A DNA stretch of 64,000 nt. Origin: Octopus sinensis. Taxonomy: Eukaryota. Position numbers and translations under genes: made by a program. Under the pieces are notes generated by a model, which was given only the letters and a program-made list of their open reading frames with translations, was not told the DNA's origin and searched no databases. This document shows, piece by piece, positions 1 to 12,850 of this stretch; the first letter of the stretch is position 1, and each line of letters starts with the position of its first letter. The DNA lies in assembly GCF_006345805.1 (NCBI RefSeq), contig NC_042998.1:96472001-96536000 (forward strand). Direction: 5' to 3'.

Positions 1-1471
1 ATGCATAAGGGCGAGTATAATGCAATATGTTTGGTTTGAATTGCAGATGGCTTAAAGGGGGCAAAACCCCCATGAAAAATCATAAATTTTCGATGTTGTC
101 GAAATTTCAACCATGGGTAATTGACACACATCAAGAAGTATTCCCAAAGTTTCCACTTTTCATGAGGATTCTAAGACCCCCACCCCGCTAATGGGATCTT
201 AGCTCCCTCAAAAGTACTGAATGGATCTTTATGAAATTTGGAAATTATATTCTATGCATAAGAAATTATGTTCTATGCATGGGGGCCATAACCCACATGA
301 AAATTCACATATTTTTTGCTGTTGATGACATTTTAACCATAGATATTAGACACAAATGAAGTAATATTTCTAAAATTTCATCTTCTTAGAATTTACAAAG
401 ACTCCTTCTGCAGACTTAACACCCACAATTTAGTCATTTTATCTAAGCAAACACGAATACAGTTGTATTCTTGGAAGCTATAGGGTCACCCGAGCATAAA
501 ATATGAGCGTTATTTGTAATTCAATGGTACAACAGTGTAAGAGTTTGCTTTGAGATATACTTAGATTGTGATTTCTGCAATATGGTGCATAAATTGTCAA
601 GTAAATGAGAGGCATCTTTGCCTCCACTGATTCAGTTGCAAAGTGCTGAGTAAAGTTATTTGATTGCAGACCTCCTTTGAGTCTTCTTATTATCATTGGG
701 TCCCCGATGGTAACATTGATTTCAAGGCCTTCCCAGATGAGTGACTAGTTATTGAAAGACATTTATAGATTGTAAATTTATTCTGTTCAGTTATCTATCG
801 GTATAGTGTTCATTTGCAGACTCTAGAAGTGACACTTTCATTTCCCCTTAGCCTTCACGTCATACAGTTGTTAATGTTTGAGTTGAGTCACGCCCTTCCA
901 ATTGCTATAGATCCGTAATGCATCTTACGGCTGTGCCTGTCACCTGTATGGTGAGGAATCCTACATTGGGTAGTAATAACGACTAGGGTAGGGTAGCTGA
1001 CTGCTTATGGTGATCGTTCGTCTTTTGGTTTCCTGTAGCTTTGCTCTCTTTTACAAACCCAGTGAATATACATATATTTCCTATTTCAAAGAAATTCGAA
1101 CAAAACATATTAAACCCAAGTTGAAAAGATTCTCAACAATTCAACTTCCTGGTTGACATGAAGACACCCACCCCCAATAAGGGCCTTAACTCCCTCATTT
1201 TAGAGCTCCATGACATCCACTTTTCAGAAGCAAAATCCTTTCAACTGCTTCCATAAGACAGGAATTTTGGATTATGCGCATAAAGATCAGTAGTATGGGA
1301 TACATGTGTCATGATTAGAATTTTTTAGGGTTTGTAAGAGAGAGAGAACCCTCATCTGCAATTTTGATGAAATTCGAATCATAGGTATTCTAGTTCATTA
1401 GAGAAAATATAACAGAAAAGTCTAATTCTTCAATTGCATGTAACACGGGCAACGCCGGGTATCTCTGCTAG
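1..1471 (+). mobile_element. Non-autonomous Helitron, 3' portion (5' end outside window)
   Basis: Ends in GC hairpin plus CTAG: ACACGGGCAACGCCGGGTATCTCTGCTAG (1443-1471), nearly identical to the 3' ends of the three Helitrons at 19336-24798. Internal repeated AAATTTCA-type blocks at 60-420. Confidence 0.6.
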
Positions 1472-3572
1472 CTAATTATAATCTAAATTAGCGTGTGTTA
1501 TGAGTTAGTTTTGAAGATATTTTTTCTTTTGTATTTCATGTTCACTATTTTTACGATTATCAAAATAAATAAGAATCTTGTATTTCATCAAGATAAACTA
1601 AAATAATTTACTAAAAATTTCTGTTTCACAGATGGGACTAAAACCTTCCTAAGTTACTACTTAGATAGGAGTCAGTGACAGCTTATCAGACTCAATCTCC
1701 TTGTAGTAATTTCTTGTTTATCTTACCAAAAACCAAAGAACCCAATGGCAGCATGAAATTTTAATGTATTCATCTTGTGTTATATATAAGTGTTTAATCA
1801 TACTAAGAAAACTGACTCGAGACGCATTATCTCGGTAAAAGATCAAATTATAGATAAATCTAAGCGAACTGCATTTTTCTCAGCTTGCAACAATATTCGA
1901 TTATTATCAACCAGTCTCGGTGTGTCTGAGAGTAATCCAATAATTTCCAGATAATCCATATCAATGATACTAATGCACCTATCCATGTTGCCTGCCAATT
2001 GCGATTTATAGCAATCTTATGACAGATTATGATATACATTTATCTTTTTCTTTACTTCTGTTAATCTTCATTGGCAGCTGCTTAATACCATATAAACCCC
2101 TTGTATCATTTAACTTAAATTAATATCACCTTGACATCAATTTTCAGAGAAATTTCCAAGCTTGAAAACTTATTGGTTTGATCAAACAAGTAAACGTTTT
2201 CCTTTCACAATCTTCTTAGTTGACTACGCACAATCATAGTTGACTCCCTTGAAAGTATTTTGTAGTCAATTATATTTTACAATCCACAACAAGGTCCAGT
2301 CCTTGTTGTGGTGTTGTGGCTTGTATGCTTCAATAATCTGAGAGCTGTGCCAGTGGAGCACAAGCTCCTTGTACGGCCTTCCATGATGGAAGGTTAAAAG
2401 ATGGAAGCCAGAATAATATGGAGCATATTTTCCCAGAGGTAGAGATGGGTTTGCGTAGGGCCAGTAATTCTATCAAGAAAAATAGCTAAGTTACAGAAGC
2501 ATCGATGACAATTAAAAACCAACAAGACCTGAGAGAGAAAAGCCTTCTCCTCGGAGAAACATATGCCGACGAGAGAAGCAGAATAGCGGAATAGAGGGCG
2601 TTCTAAAAACAACTGAAAGCAGGTTACTCAGGTAGAACTGAAAAACCAGGGATCCAATTGGAGGGAAGCAGAAGAGACAAGTCAGAGTCTAGAACAGTAG
2701 AGAAAAGTCGTCAATAGCCTATGCTCCGTAGGGAGTAAAGAAGATTCAAGAAAATATAGTTTGCAATGCTTAAGGACTAGACTAAGGAAACGTCTGCAAT
2801 TCGGTAAATTTATTCGAAGTTCACCGGATTTTCGTCAATGTTCACATCTTTCATTGGGGGTAAGGTTGAATATATTAAATTCACTCTCAGTAAATGCGTA
2901 CATGCATACATACATAGCATGCATACTCACATACATAACATGCACACATACAAACACACACACACACACACACACAAACAGACAAACACATACGCTTGCA
3001 CACACATATATACACACACACATATATATATATATATACATACATAGTCTGCCAAATTCCACTCGTTCGCAAGGCATTGCCTTGTCAGTGCAAGTGTCGT
3101 CTACCATAATCTTAACACAAGGCTGCAAAGTGGTATCTATCCCGATATCATGTGGTTACGAAAAGAACTTATAAGCCCATAACTATGTCTGCTCTCGTTT
3201 ATTGATACCAATAACACTAGGGTCGTTTCCTTCAACCATAGCTGTCATTCGTAAGTGAATATGACCAGGTAGCATGTACTAGTTTTTCGCTAATTCTTTT
3301 AGATGTCACGGACAAGCATAAGCACCTTCTCGGTACCTCATCGTTGAACTAGCGGAATATCCAATGCTGGTGAGATGGTTGCATCACCAGCATTCGGCTG
3401 GTACTTATTGTAGAAATATTAAAGGAGGTGACTTGCTCGAGATTACATTGTCCCGCTCCGTTCACAGTCTACATCTCCTCATAAATACTAGTAGGGTAGT
3501 GCGGAAGGAACAATGAAACGCCAACTAAATGTATTATTGCGTTGTAATCATACGTAACCTAGACATGGCTAC

Positions 3573-3738
3573 AGGCGTAGATATGCTTATCTGGTTAAGA
3601 AGCTCGCTTTGCAACAATGTGGTTTCTGGTTCAGTCCTACTGAACAGCACCTTCTCCAAGTGCCTTTTACTATAACCCCGGGCTGACCAATGACTTATGA
3701 GTGAATTTGGTAGAGAGAAACTGGGAAGAAGCTCGTTG

Positions 3739-3794
<56 letters not shown>

Positions 3795-3800
3795 CGCGCG

Positions 3801-3845
<45 letters not shown>

Positions 3846-4088
3846 ATATATATATATGTATGCATGTGTGAGTGCGTCTTTGCGCTAGTGCTTGTTTCTC
3901 TGCTTGTAAACCGGTGTTGGTTTCCTTACGTCCTCGTAACTTTGCAGCTCGGCAAAAGAGATCGGTAGCATATGCACACCAGACTTTAAAATACAAGTAC
4001 TGGAGTCGATTTGTTCGACTAACCTTTCAAGTTAGTGCCCCGGCTTGGCCGCAGTCCAGTGACTGAAACAAGTAAATGAAAAGATAAA
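3573..4088 (+). mobile_element. tRNA-derived SINE family 1 (head, central TA/TG microsatellite, tail), full length, diverged
   Basis: tRNA-like head (GGTTAAG...GGTTCAGTCC), GTGAATTTGGTAG core, (TA)n(TG)n centre, tail ending CAGTCCAGTGACTGAAACAAGTAAA shared with many copies in the window. Confidence 0.85.
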
Positions 4089-5053
4089 GGTTGTAATCCG
4101 ATCAATTGTATCTTCCCTATCGTTCGAGTCATTAAAATACGTAACAGGTACGTCTTGGAGTAAATTCAATCAATTGAAACAAGCCACAAATATTTGGTTT
4201 CATACCAATAAAACGAAGTCAAAGAACTTTCGACTGATGTAATCAGCTCTTGATATTATAATATTACTAGATCAAAGAGTAATATCCTAATATTAATTAA
4301 GAACTGATCTACATCAGACAAATTAGTCAATGCATTTGTGAATCATCGACACCTTATTATGAATAGTTGAATGACCTAAAAGAATTTCGCAAATACCGTT
4401 CCTATTTTTAGCCCGTCTGTAGCAGTCAATTACAAAAAGTGTATAATGAAAATAATGTAATGTATCAGTGATTAAAAATGAAACAAAAAGAAAAAACTAA
4501 ATGGATGTGAAACAGATATAGTTATATTGAAAGGCTTCTCATATATATTTCTTTCTCTCTTAATGTTATGTAAATCAGTCATATCCTGACTTAAAAACCC
4601 AACTTTATTTCCGAGGCCATAGACGTTAGATGTTTTCTTTCTCCCTAGAGATGTATCAAGGTTTTCAATATCATATTACATGCAAGCAAACATCTGGCTC
4701 TTTTCTCTATATATATTTATATCTTTCTCTCTTGTTCAAACCGCAAACCTGCATCTCTCAGCGAAAGTGTGTACGTCTGAATCAGCAATGAGAGGCGGTC
4801 GACAGTGGTTGAAAGAATTAAAAGAGGAACCCGGAAATAGAAGAGACAGGAAGAAAACGACAGAGATATATAAAAAAAAAGATAAAAAAAGACAAGAATA
4901 GAGTGAATGGAGTAGTAAACGAAGAATATGTAAGCACAGCAAAGGAGAAAAATAAACGTTAACATATAGAAACTAATTCATCTCATATATAGTTTCTTGT
5001 ATTACACACATACACACATTCGTACACATACGCAGATACAAATATGTATTCAC

Positions 5054-5095
5054 TTGTGAGTGGATTTGGTAGACGGAAACTGAAAGAAGCCCGTC

Positions 5096-5157
<62 letters not shown>

Positions 5158-5391
5158 TGTGTGTGTGTGTGTGTATGTCTGTGTGTCTGTGTTTGTCATC
5201 CGCTCAACATCGCTTGACAACCGTTGTTGGTGTGTTTACGTCCCCGTAACTTAGCGGTTCGGCACAAGACACCGATAGAATAAGTACTAGGCTTACAAAA
5301 TATAAGTCCTGGGGGTCGATTTGCTCGACTAAAGGCGGTGCTCCAGCATGGCCGCAGTCAAATGGCTGAAACAAGTAAAAGAGTAAAAGAG
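5054..5391 (+). mobile_element. SINE family 1, 5'-truncated, near-consensus copy
   Basis: GTGAGTGGATTTGGTAGACGGAAACTGAAAGAAGCCCGTCG, then (TA)n(TG)n, then ...GGCGGTGCTCCAGCATGGCCGCAGTCAAATGGCTGAAACAAGTAAAAGAGTAAAAGAG. Confidence 0.9.
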
Positions 5392-5432
<41 letters not shown>

Positions 5433-5481
5433 TACTACTACTACTACTACTATTAGTACTACTACTAATATTACTACTACT

Positions 5482-5545
<64 letters not shown>
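5392..5545. repeat. Compound (ATT)n/(ACT)n microsatellite
   Basis: Direct inspection; produces the poly-I/T/Y pseudo-ORF 5338-5547. Confidence 0.95.
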
Positions 5546-5546
<1 letters not shown>

Positions 5547-5906
5547 AGGTGGTGAGCAGGCAGAATTGTTAGCACGCTGAGAAAAATGCTTAGCAGTATT
5601 TCGCTAGTCGCTACGTTCTGAGTTCAAATTCCGTCGAGGCCGACTCTTTTATTATTATCATTATTGTTGTTGTTGTTGTTGTTGTTATATGGAATAAAGC
5701 GGTGAGCTGAGAAAATCGTTACCGTGCCTGGGAAAAGTCCTTAGCAATATTTTTACCAACTTTACGTTCTGAGTTCAAATACCACCGTGGTCGACTTTGC
5801 ATTTCATCCTTTCAGGTTTGATAAAATGAATACCAGTTGAGCACTGGGGTCAATGTAATCGATTTCCTCTCCCGAAATCGCTAACCTTGCTCTAAAATTT
5901 GAAGCC
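5546..5906 (+). mobile_element. SINE family 2, two adjacent partial copies (5546-5645, 5697-5906)
   Basis: GGTGAGCTGGCAGAA-type head, TTCTGAGTTCAAAT B-box-like motif, CTTTCATCCTTTC...GATAAA...TACCAGTT core. Confidence 0.8.
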
Positions 5907-6622
5907 ATCATTATTATTATTTAGAATGTGTTGGAACTTTGTTGAATTTTTCCGAATTCGATCATCTATTTTGATCTTTATGCAAACTTTGCATAACTTT
6001 TCCAGAACTTTTTAAAATAACTTTTTCACAACTCCTTCCTTTATATTTTACATTTGACTCTTACAAAAGATTATTTCTTCTGTTCTAAATTCTTCATTTC
6101 CTTAAATTTCCTCATGCACGTTCTTATCATTTTATATCATGTGTTCTTTAATTTTGACTCGTTTTTGTGCCTGTGTGTTCGTTTTGCTTCTATTACGCAG
6201 AAAAAAAAATAATCATAAACATGCAGCTACTGTATTGTCTTACCTCCGCCCCACCAAATTTCTCCACTTACATCATTCACCATGTTTACCCCGCACTTCC
6301 GCCCACATTTTCCGTTACCCATCTGCGTTGCTTCACTGACTACATCTCTGCACACCCTTTCCTTACGTATATATTTCACGATGGGGTTTTTTTTTGTTGT
6401 AGGAGGGGCGAATGATGGTGGAGTGGAATTAACAAGTATCGAAGGATGTTTGTGCAATGACATAGCAAAATTGTATGCTGCCCAGGGACGGTCATGAATT
6501 TTCCGCCTCTCTCGGGCCCCCAAGCCAACACAGACTTACACAGCAAATCCAGAAATGACAACCCCATAAAAGCGTTGCCCGGGGCGACAGACTCGTCGCC
6601 GAAGCCACAGATATACTATTGA

Positions 6623-7044
6623 TTTTTATTTCTTTTATTGCCCACAAGGGGCTAAACATAGAGGTGACAAACAAGGACAGACAAAGTGATTAAGTCGATT
6701 GTATCGACCCCAGTGCGTAACTGGTACTTAATTTATCGACCCCGAAAGGATGAAAGGCAAAGTCGACCTCGGCGGAATTTGAACTCAGAACGTAACGGCA
6801 GACGAAATACCTATTTCTTTACTACCCACAAGGGGATAAACACAGAGAGGACAAACAAGGACAGACAAACGGATTAAGTCGATTCTATCGATGCCAGTGC
6901 GTAACTGGTACTTAATTTATCGACTCCGGAAGGATGAAAGGCAAAGTCAACCTCGGCGGAATTTGAACTCAGAACGTAGCGGCAGATACAATACCGCTAA
7001 GCATCTCACCCGGCATACTAACGTTTCTGCCAGCTCACCGCCTT
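6623..7044 (-). mobile_element. SINE family 2 head-to-tail dimer
   Basis: Two ~205-bp units (ACCCACAAGGGG...GAACTCAGAACGTA.CGGCAGA) in tandem; only the right unit has the complete head (...GCCAGCTCACCGCCTT). Confidence 0.85.
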
Positions 7045-7635
7045 CAATAGCTTCACTATTGTTTTTGTGTTGCATATACATACTTAAGTTTTATTCATGT
7101 AATCATATAATTTTGTTAATATCCGTCTCTACTTCATGTGAATATGAAGATGCTTTTAAGTTTTCATCCTCTCAATTTTTCTGCTAATCTCTCTCACTCT
7201 CTCTTTTCTCTTCTCGCTAATTTTTATACAGATATTCCTTTTTACTCTGTTTCCCTTTCTACCTCTAACACCTCTCATCTAACAAATTTCTCTGCTCGTT
7301 TGCTTGCTCCCTACTTCATTTTAATGTGGTTTTACCTTAACTATATACCTGCGTTTTAAAATGATTTTTGCATTGTTTCTATTGGGAAAACCCGAGCTTT
7401 TGATGCCTATACTGCTTTACCAAAACATAACGCTTCCTTTATTCAACTTTATTTTACTCATTTATAACGTTTAGATTTTTTACACCAACGGTTAATCAAC
7501 TCATGCAGCAAACTCCACTGATTTTAAAAGTATGAGAACTGCCTGTCCAATCAGGTTTAAATATTTATTTCCATATTTGTCAACTGATTCACTCTGTAGT
7601 ATTTAAAAGCCATTGTATTATTCCAAAAGTTTATT

Positions 7636-7674
7636 TCTGTCTGAAGATCAGTTACGTGAAACTCGGAGTAACGA
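7636..7674 (+). ncRNA. Degenerate minimal hammerhead ribozyme motif
   Basis: TCTGT-CTGAAGA-TCAGTTACGT-GAAAC-TCGGA-GTA-ACGA. Core and GUA triplet intact; stem II decayed. Confidence 0.5.
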
Positions 7675-7736
7675 TTTTGTAAAGTTTTCCCCTCAGTAGT
7701 AATCACTCCTCTCTCTCTCTCTATATATATATATAG

Positions 7737-7821
<85 letters not shown>

Positions 7822-8210
7822 ATATAAATTAGAGAAAAAAACCACTATTATGCAATTCAAACAATGATAAACATAAACCAAATCATAAATAAAAAATAAA
7901 AAATATTTTTATAAAACATAACTAGATCACAAAAAATATAAAAATGAATAACCAATATATAATAAGTAAAAAAAACTACGTACGTTTCATGGCTATAAAT
8001 AAATTCGAATTACAATTAAACTTAAATTTAATCGAAAATCAATTTAATTTAAAATTATAGTCACTTCAGGTTAACAATAATAGTTAAATAAATAACAAAT
8101 AGAATTAAATAACATTTATTAAAAAATAAATAAAATAAAATAAAAGTTTGGTAATTACATATTAGAATATAACTAGGTTTCAGATATGTACCTTTCGGCA
8201 TGTACCTTTC

Positions 8211-8971
8211 GTGTACATGCCGACCTTTCGTGTACATGTTGCTAAATTGGCAATGAAATGTAGACGACTGGCCGGATGGATCCTCAGAACCTTTAGAACA
8301 AGAGAACAAGAAACCATGATGGTCCTCTGGAGGACACTTGTCCTAAGCCACTTTGACTACTATTCTCAGTTATGGTCACCATCCAGTGTCAAGTTGATCA
8401 CAGAGCTCGAGGCGATCCAACGTAGCTACACGAAGAAGATAGCCTCTATGCAGAATGTAAGCTACTGGGAAAGACTCAAGAGGTTAAAACTATATTCCCT
8501 GGAGCGTAGGCGGGAAAGATATGCCATAATATACATCTGGAAGATCCTGGAGGGAAGTGTCCTGAACTTTGGCATCGAGAGTTACGCAAATGCCAGAACT
8601 GGGCGCCACTGCGTGGTGCCTAGGACTCCAAGCTTGCCATCAAGATGTAGGACAAGATTCTGTGATAGCCTGGGCTTCCCAGGCCCACAGCTCTTCAATA
8701 TCCTCCCGAAGAACCTGAGAGACCTGCATGGGGTGGATGCAGATGTCTTTAAAATGAAGCTGGATCTCTTCCTGTCAGGTGTCCCAGATGAACCAACTTC
8801 ACGGCAGGAGGGGCAGATGAGGGCAGCTGCATCGAACTCTCTCATGCACCAAATGACAGCTGCTAGAAAGCTTTCGTGAAGTGAAACCAAGTAGCAACAC
8901 CAAATGGCGGTGCCCCAGCATGGCCACAGCTCATAAGCTGAAACTAGAATCAATCAATCAATCAATCAATC
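8211..8971 (+). mobile_element. CR1/L2-group LINE, 5'-truncated: RT C-terminus, 3' UTR and (AATC)n tail
   Basis: 222-aa open frame with LWSP...LEAIQRSYTKKI...YWERLKRLKLYSLERRRERYAIIYIWKI...LDLFLSGVPDEP; UTR GGCGGTGCCCCAGCATGGCC; tail (AATC)5. Confidence 0.9.
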
Positions 8972-8979
8972 ATATTCTA

Positions 8980-9050
8980 TAATTTCCTTAAAATCCTTAA
9001 AATCCTTTAAAATGTTTTAGCCCGAAGGCCGCGGCCATGCTGGGGCACCA
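8980..9050 (-). mobile_element. Isolated LINE/SINE 3' tail of the same type, opposite orientation
   Basis: Minus strand reads TGGTGCCCCAGCATGGCCGCGGCCTTCGGGCTAAAACA followed by (AAGGATTTT)-like repeats. Confidence 0.7.
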
Positions 9051-9638
9051 ATTTATTAATGTTTTTTATTAAGCTAAATTATATCTTCACAGATAAATAC
9101 ATTTTTCTATCTATTTACTCTATTAGTTCTAGATTAAATATTTAACATAATAAATGTATTATAGGAAACTGTTCCTAATGTTTTAAGTTTCAAATTTAGT
9201 TAATGGAGTTTCTTCTATAAGAAAAGTCATTATTTTATTTATTTATTTTTTAATAGATATTGTTTAACTCTATTTGCTTATTTATTCAACTATTATTGTT
9301 AATCTGAAGATTGACTATAATTTTCAATTAAATTGATTTCAGATTAAATTTAAGTTTAATTGTAATTCGAATTTATTTATAGTCAGGAAATATACGTAGC
9401 TTTTTTTTTTTACTTATTATATATTGATTATTCATTCTTATATATTTTGTGATCTAGTTATATATTTTATAAAAATGTTTTATTTTTTATTTATGATTTC
9501 GTTTATGTCTATCATTGTTTGAATTGCATAATAGTGGTTTTTTTCTCTAATTTATATTTTATATATTTATATTGTGAAATTTGATTTAATACTAAATTGA
9601 ATTTTTCCCTGTAAGTTTGCAGTTATACTTCCTAATAC

Positions 9639-9709
<71 letters not shown>

Positions 9710-9731
9710 GTATGTATGTATATATGTATAA

Positions 9732-9786
<55 letters not shown>

Positions 9787-11546
9787 TATATACCTATCTA
9801 TCTATCTATCCATCTATCAATCTATTTATTTATCTATCTCTTGCTCTATCTCTCTCTTTCTCTCACTCACTTTCTCCGTCTCCTTCTCTTTGTCCCTCTC
9901 TTTCTCTTTTTCTCTCTTTCTCTCCCTCTCTTTCTCACTTTGCACCCATATATATATATATATATATATATAAACACATACAGACACTCTGACAAGCGCA
10001 CATACACATACATATACGCACATGTTTGTGCCAGTATACATAAGTATGTGTGTGCGTGTCTGCGCGTGTATATACACTATTGCATTTCCTTTATTTATGC
10101 TTACACAAAACCAAACGATAGTCTCCGATACTTATAAAATTAATTTTACTGGAATGTGACAAGTGTAGTAGCAACTTAGGAATAGAAAAAATTAATGATC
10201 TATGTTATAAAGTATTAAGTTTTCAACCTTGGATGGGGGCCGTCGCATATTTATATGTGTATGTGTGTGTGTGTGTGTGGTGTGTGTGTGTGTGTGTGTG
10301 TTGTGTGTGTGTGTGGTGTGTGAGTGTATACGTGTGTGTGCGTGTGCAGATATAATTGTGACAAAACATACGTGAGAGGTTTACAAAAGAATTAGCATGC
10401 ATGAAATGGAATATGATTCATTACCATTTCTAATGATTCGTTTCCCATTTCCTTGCATGGGTTGACAGCGTTGTGTAATATAATCCGTCACCTAGTTACT
10501 ACCTTCAACTATAGCTTCTGTAGTGCTTCTCTTGTGGAGTACATTCTGTTGCAAGAATTCCAGCCAGGACATTGTCCTAAGGATAACTTTTCCTTCCCTC
10601 TTGTCAGTATCGAAACCCCTGTAAAGGTCATTGGTGCCCCCTATTTGTCCTGATTTATATGATAAAAGAGAAAGAAACTACGCACTCATGTAGGCATGTG
10701 TGTGTATGTGTGGTGTGTGTGTGTGTGTGTGTGTGTATGTCAGGGCTATATTTATAGATCACACTCTACCAGAGTGAATAGTACTTATATATGAATGTTA
10801 TGAGCTAATTTAGTACACACCCACTTATACATCAATGGTAAAATATTCATGTAACCAGAGAACGAGGAAACATTTTATATATTAACTTAAACAACGGACG
10901 TTCTAAACAGAAAAACCGAGTTAATTCAAAGTATCGTCGTGAAAACAAGTTCCATCTTCACAACAACTTCGCAGCCAAAAATATATTGCTATATCGAGAA
11001 AAATTTACAAGATGTAATAATGAAGAAGTGCAACTTGAAACCTGCAACGAGTCGTCTCATTCCTACTGTATCATCTGACACTATCGACAGGCCCATCATC
11101 AGCCATTCTGGCCAGGCCACTTAGAACGAAGTAAATTGTATGAGTACCAATATAAGTTTTATGCATAGCTGTTAGGGAGGAACACACACACACACACATA
11201 CATGTGGGTGTATGCTTGCTGTATTTCTATTGGTGAAAGTAAAAGGAGCCCCTTTACAATAGAAAGTACACAATGTAAAACAAATATATAGTGAAAGTGA
11301 AAGTGTTTGTCACTTGGTGTAGTCGATAATTTTACACAAACGCACACACACACACACACACACACACAAATACTCATACTGATACAAACACAAATACTTA
11401 TTTGCCGCTCTCAAGATTATGGAGCAAATACATTGACTCTCAGACTTTTTGCTTTGAGTCCCTTGCCCTGAGTTGCCAAAGTTCATCTGAACTTGTCCTT
11501 TCTGTGGAAATTATATATACCACATACCACATATACATATTACTTG

Positions 11547-11663
<117 letters not shown>

Positions 11664-12094
11664 GTTAGAGAAAGAGAGAGAGAGAAAGAGAAAGAAAGTT
11701 CTTGCCAATGGAGAAAGAGACGGTTTCTGACATAGATTCGAGTCTCCATTGAAATTCCAACATCAACAGAGTAGTACTGTATGTATGTGTGTATAAATAC
11801 AAGTACTTGGGACTCAGAACATGTGCAAATCAAAACTTTTTCTTTTATGCATGTATACTCATACACTTATTTGCATGTCTAGACAGGTGTATATGTACTT
11901 TTGTAAAATTTTACATATGATGACATTTCCATTGGTAGCTTATACCTGTAGTCTTCTAATAAGCTTTATCCTTTATGGTTTTGAGAGCCCTAATTTTTCA
12001 ATATTGTTGCTGAGACAGTTGGTTACATACAGTTATGTATGTACGTATGTATGTATGTATGTATGTATGTATGTATGTCTCTTCTGTTTTTAAT

Positions 12095-12850
12095 TATTAT
12101 AAATCTTCCACTGAGGAGGAAGCCAATTTCCAACAAAGATACAAGGCTCCATCATTGGGATGTAGTTAACACAGACAAATTCACATTTGGAACTTGAGAA
12201 AAGTCTTGCATATTTTTACTGTTCCACTCACAGATTGCACGTGTAGTGTACGAATTAGCCGGTCGAGTTATCTTTCTGAAAATCCTAGTTTATCCAGATT
12301 TTTCTTTAAGCATTTACTAAGAAAACCTAATGCTCCAATTATTATTGATATGAATATGAATTCATAGTCTGGATATAAAAGCTGAGGGTTTCGAAGCAGT
12401 TATCCATAGATACACTCTTTTTCTTTGATTTTCAAAGAGATATTTATATCTGTAGGGCAACTGACCTCTATGATGGTACATACCTTTGCCTCCGTATGCC
12501 AAACAACAACATCAGCCCTATTATGTTTACATTTGACAGAAGTTTTGATAGAAATATTCCACCGTATGTACTTGAGATAAGTCTTGCATATTCGTAATGT
12601 GTGAGTTAGCTGGTTGATTTGTTTCCGAAAATCCCAGCTTATCCAGATTGTCACTTAGGCATTTACTCATAATACCATATGCCCCAATTATTATTGTTAT
12701 AAATGTGAATTTATAATCTGGATATAGAAGCTGGAGGTTTCAAAGCAGTTATCCATAGTTAACCTCTTTCTTGATTTTCAAAGAGATATTCACATCAGCA
12801 GGACAACTGATCTCTATGACGGTACATAATTTTTCTTGTTTGGCCCAAAC
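12095..12850 (-). mobile_element. Two tandem 3' fragments of a restriction-like-endonuclease (R4/Dong/NeSL-type) non-LTR retrotransposon
   Basis: HNRADVVVW...IIEVSCPTDINISLKIKEKECIYG and VIEISCPADVNISLKIKKE...IIIGAYG match the PD-(D/E)xK REL C-terminus. 3' UTR and TAATAA tail at ~12095-12170. Confidence 0.8.

Larger units (their letters stand above)
7821..9640. mobile_element. Long inverted-repeat element (arms ~7821-8130 and ~9240-9640) flanked by (TA)n, probably PLE-derived, interrupted by a LINE
   Basis: 7821-8130 (AATTAGAGAAAAAAACCACTATTATGCAATTC...) is the reverse complement of 9240-9555 at roughly 85-90% identity by eye. The same terminal motif recurs at 45395-45860. Confidence 0.75.

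Noticed and set aside
480-1260. Possible captured coding fragment (GIY-YIG or helicase-like) inside the first Helitron
   Set aside because: Only vague motif resemblance across frames with many stops; needs BLASTX.
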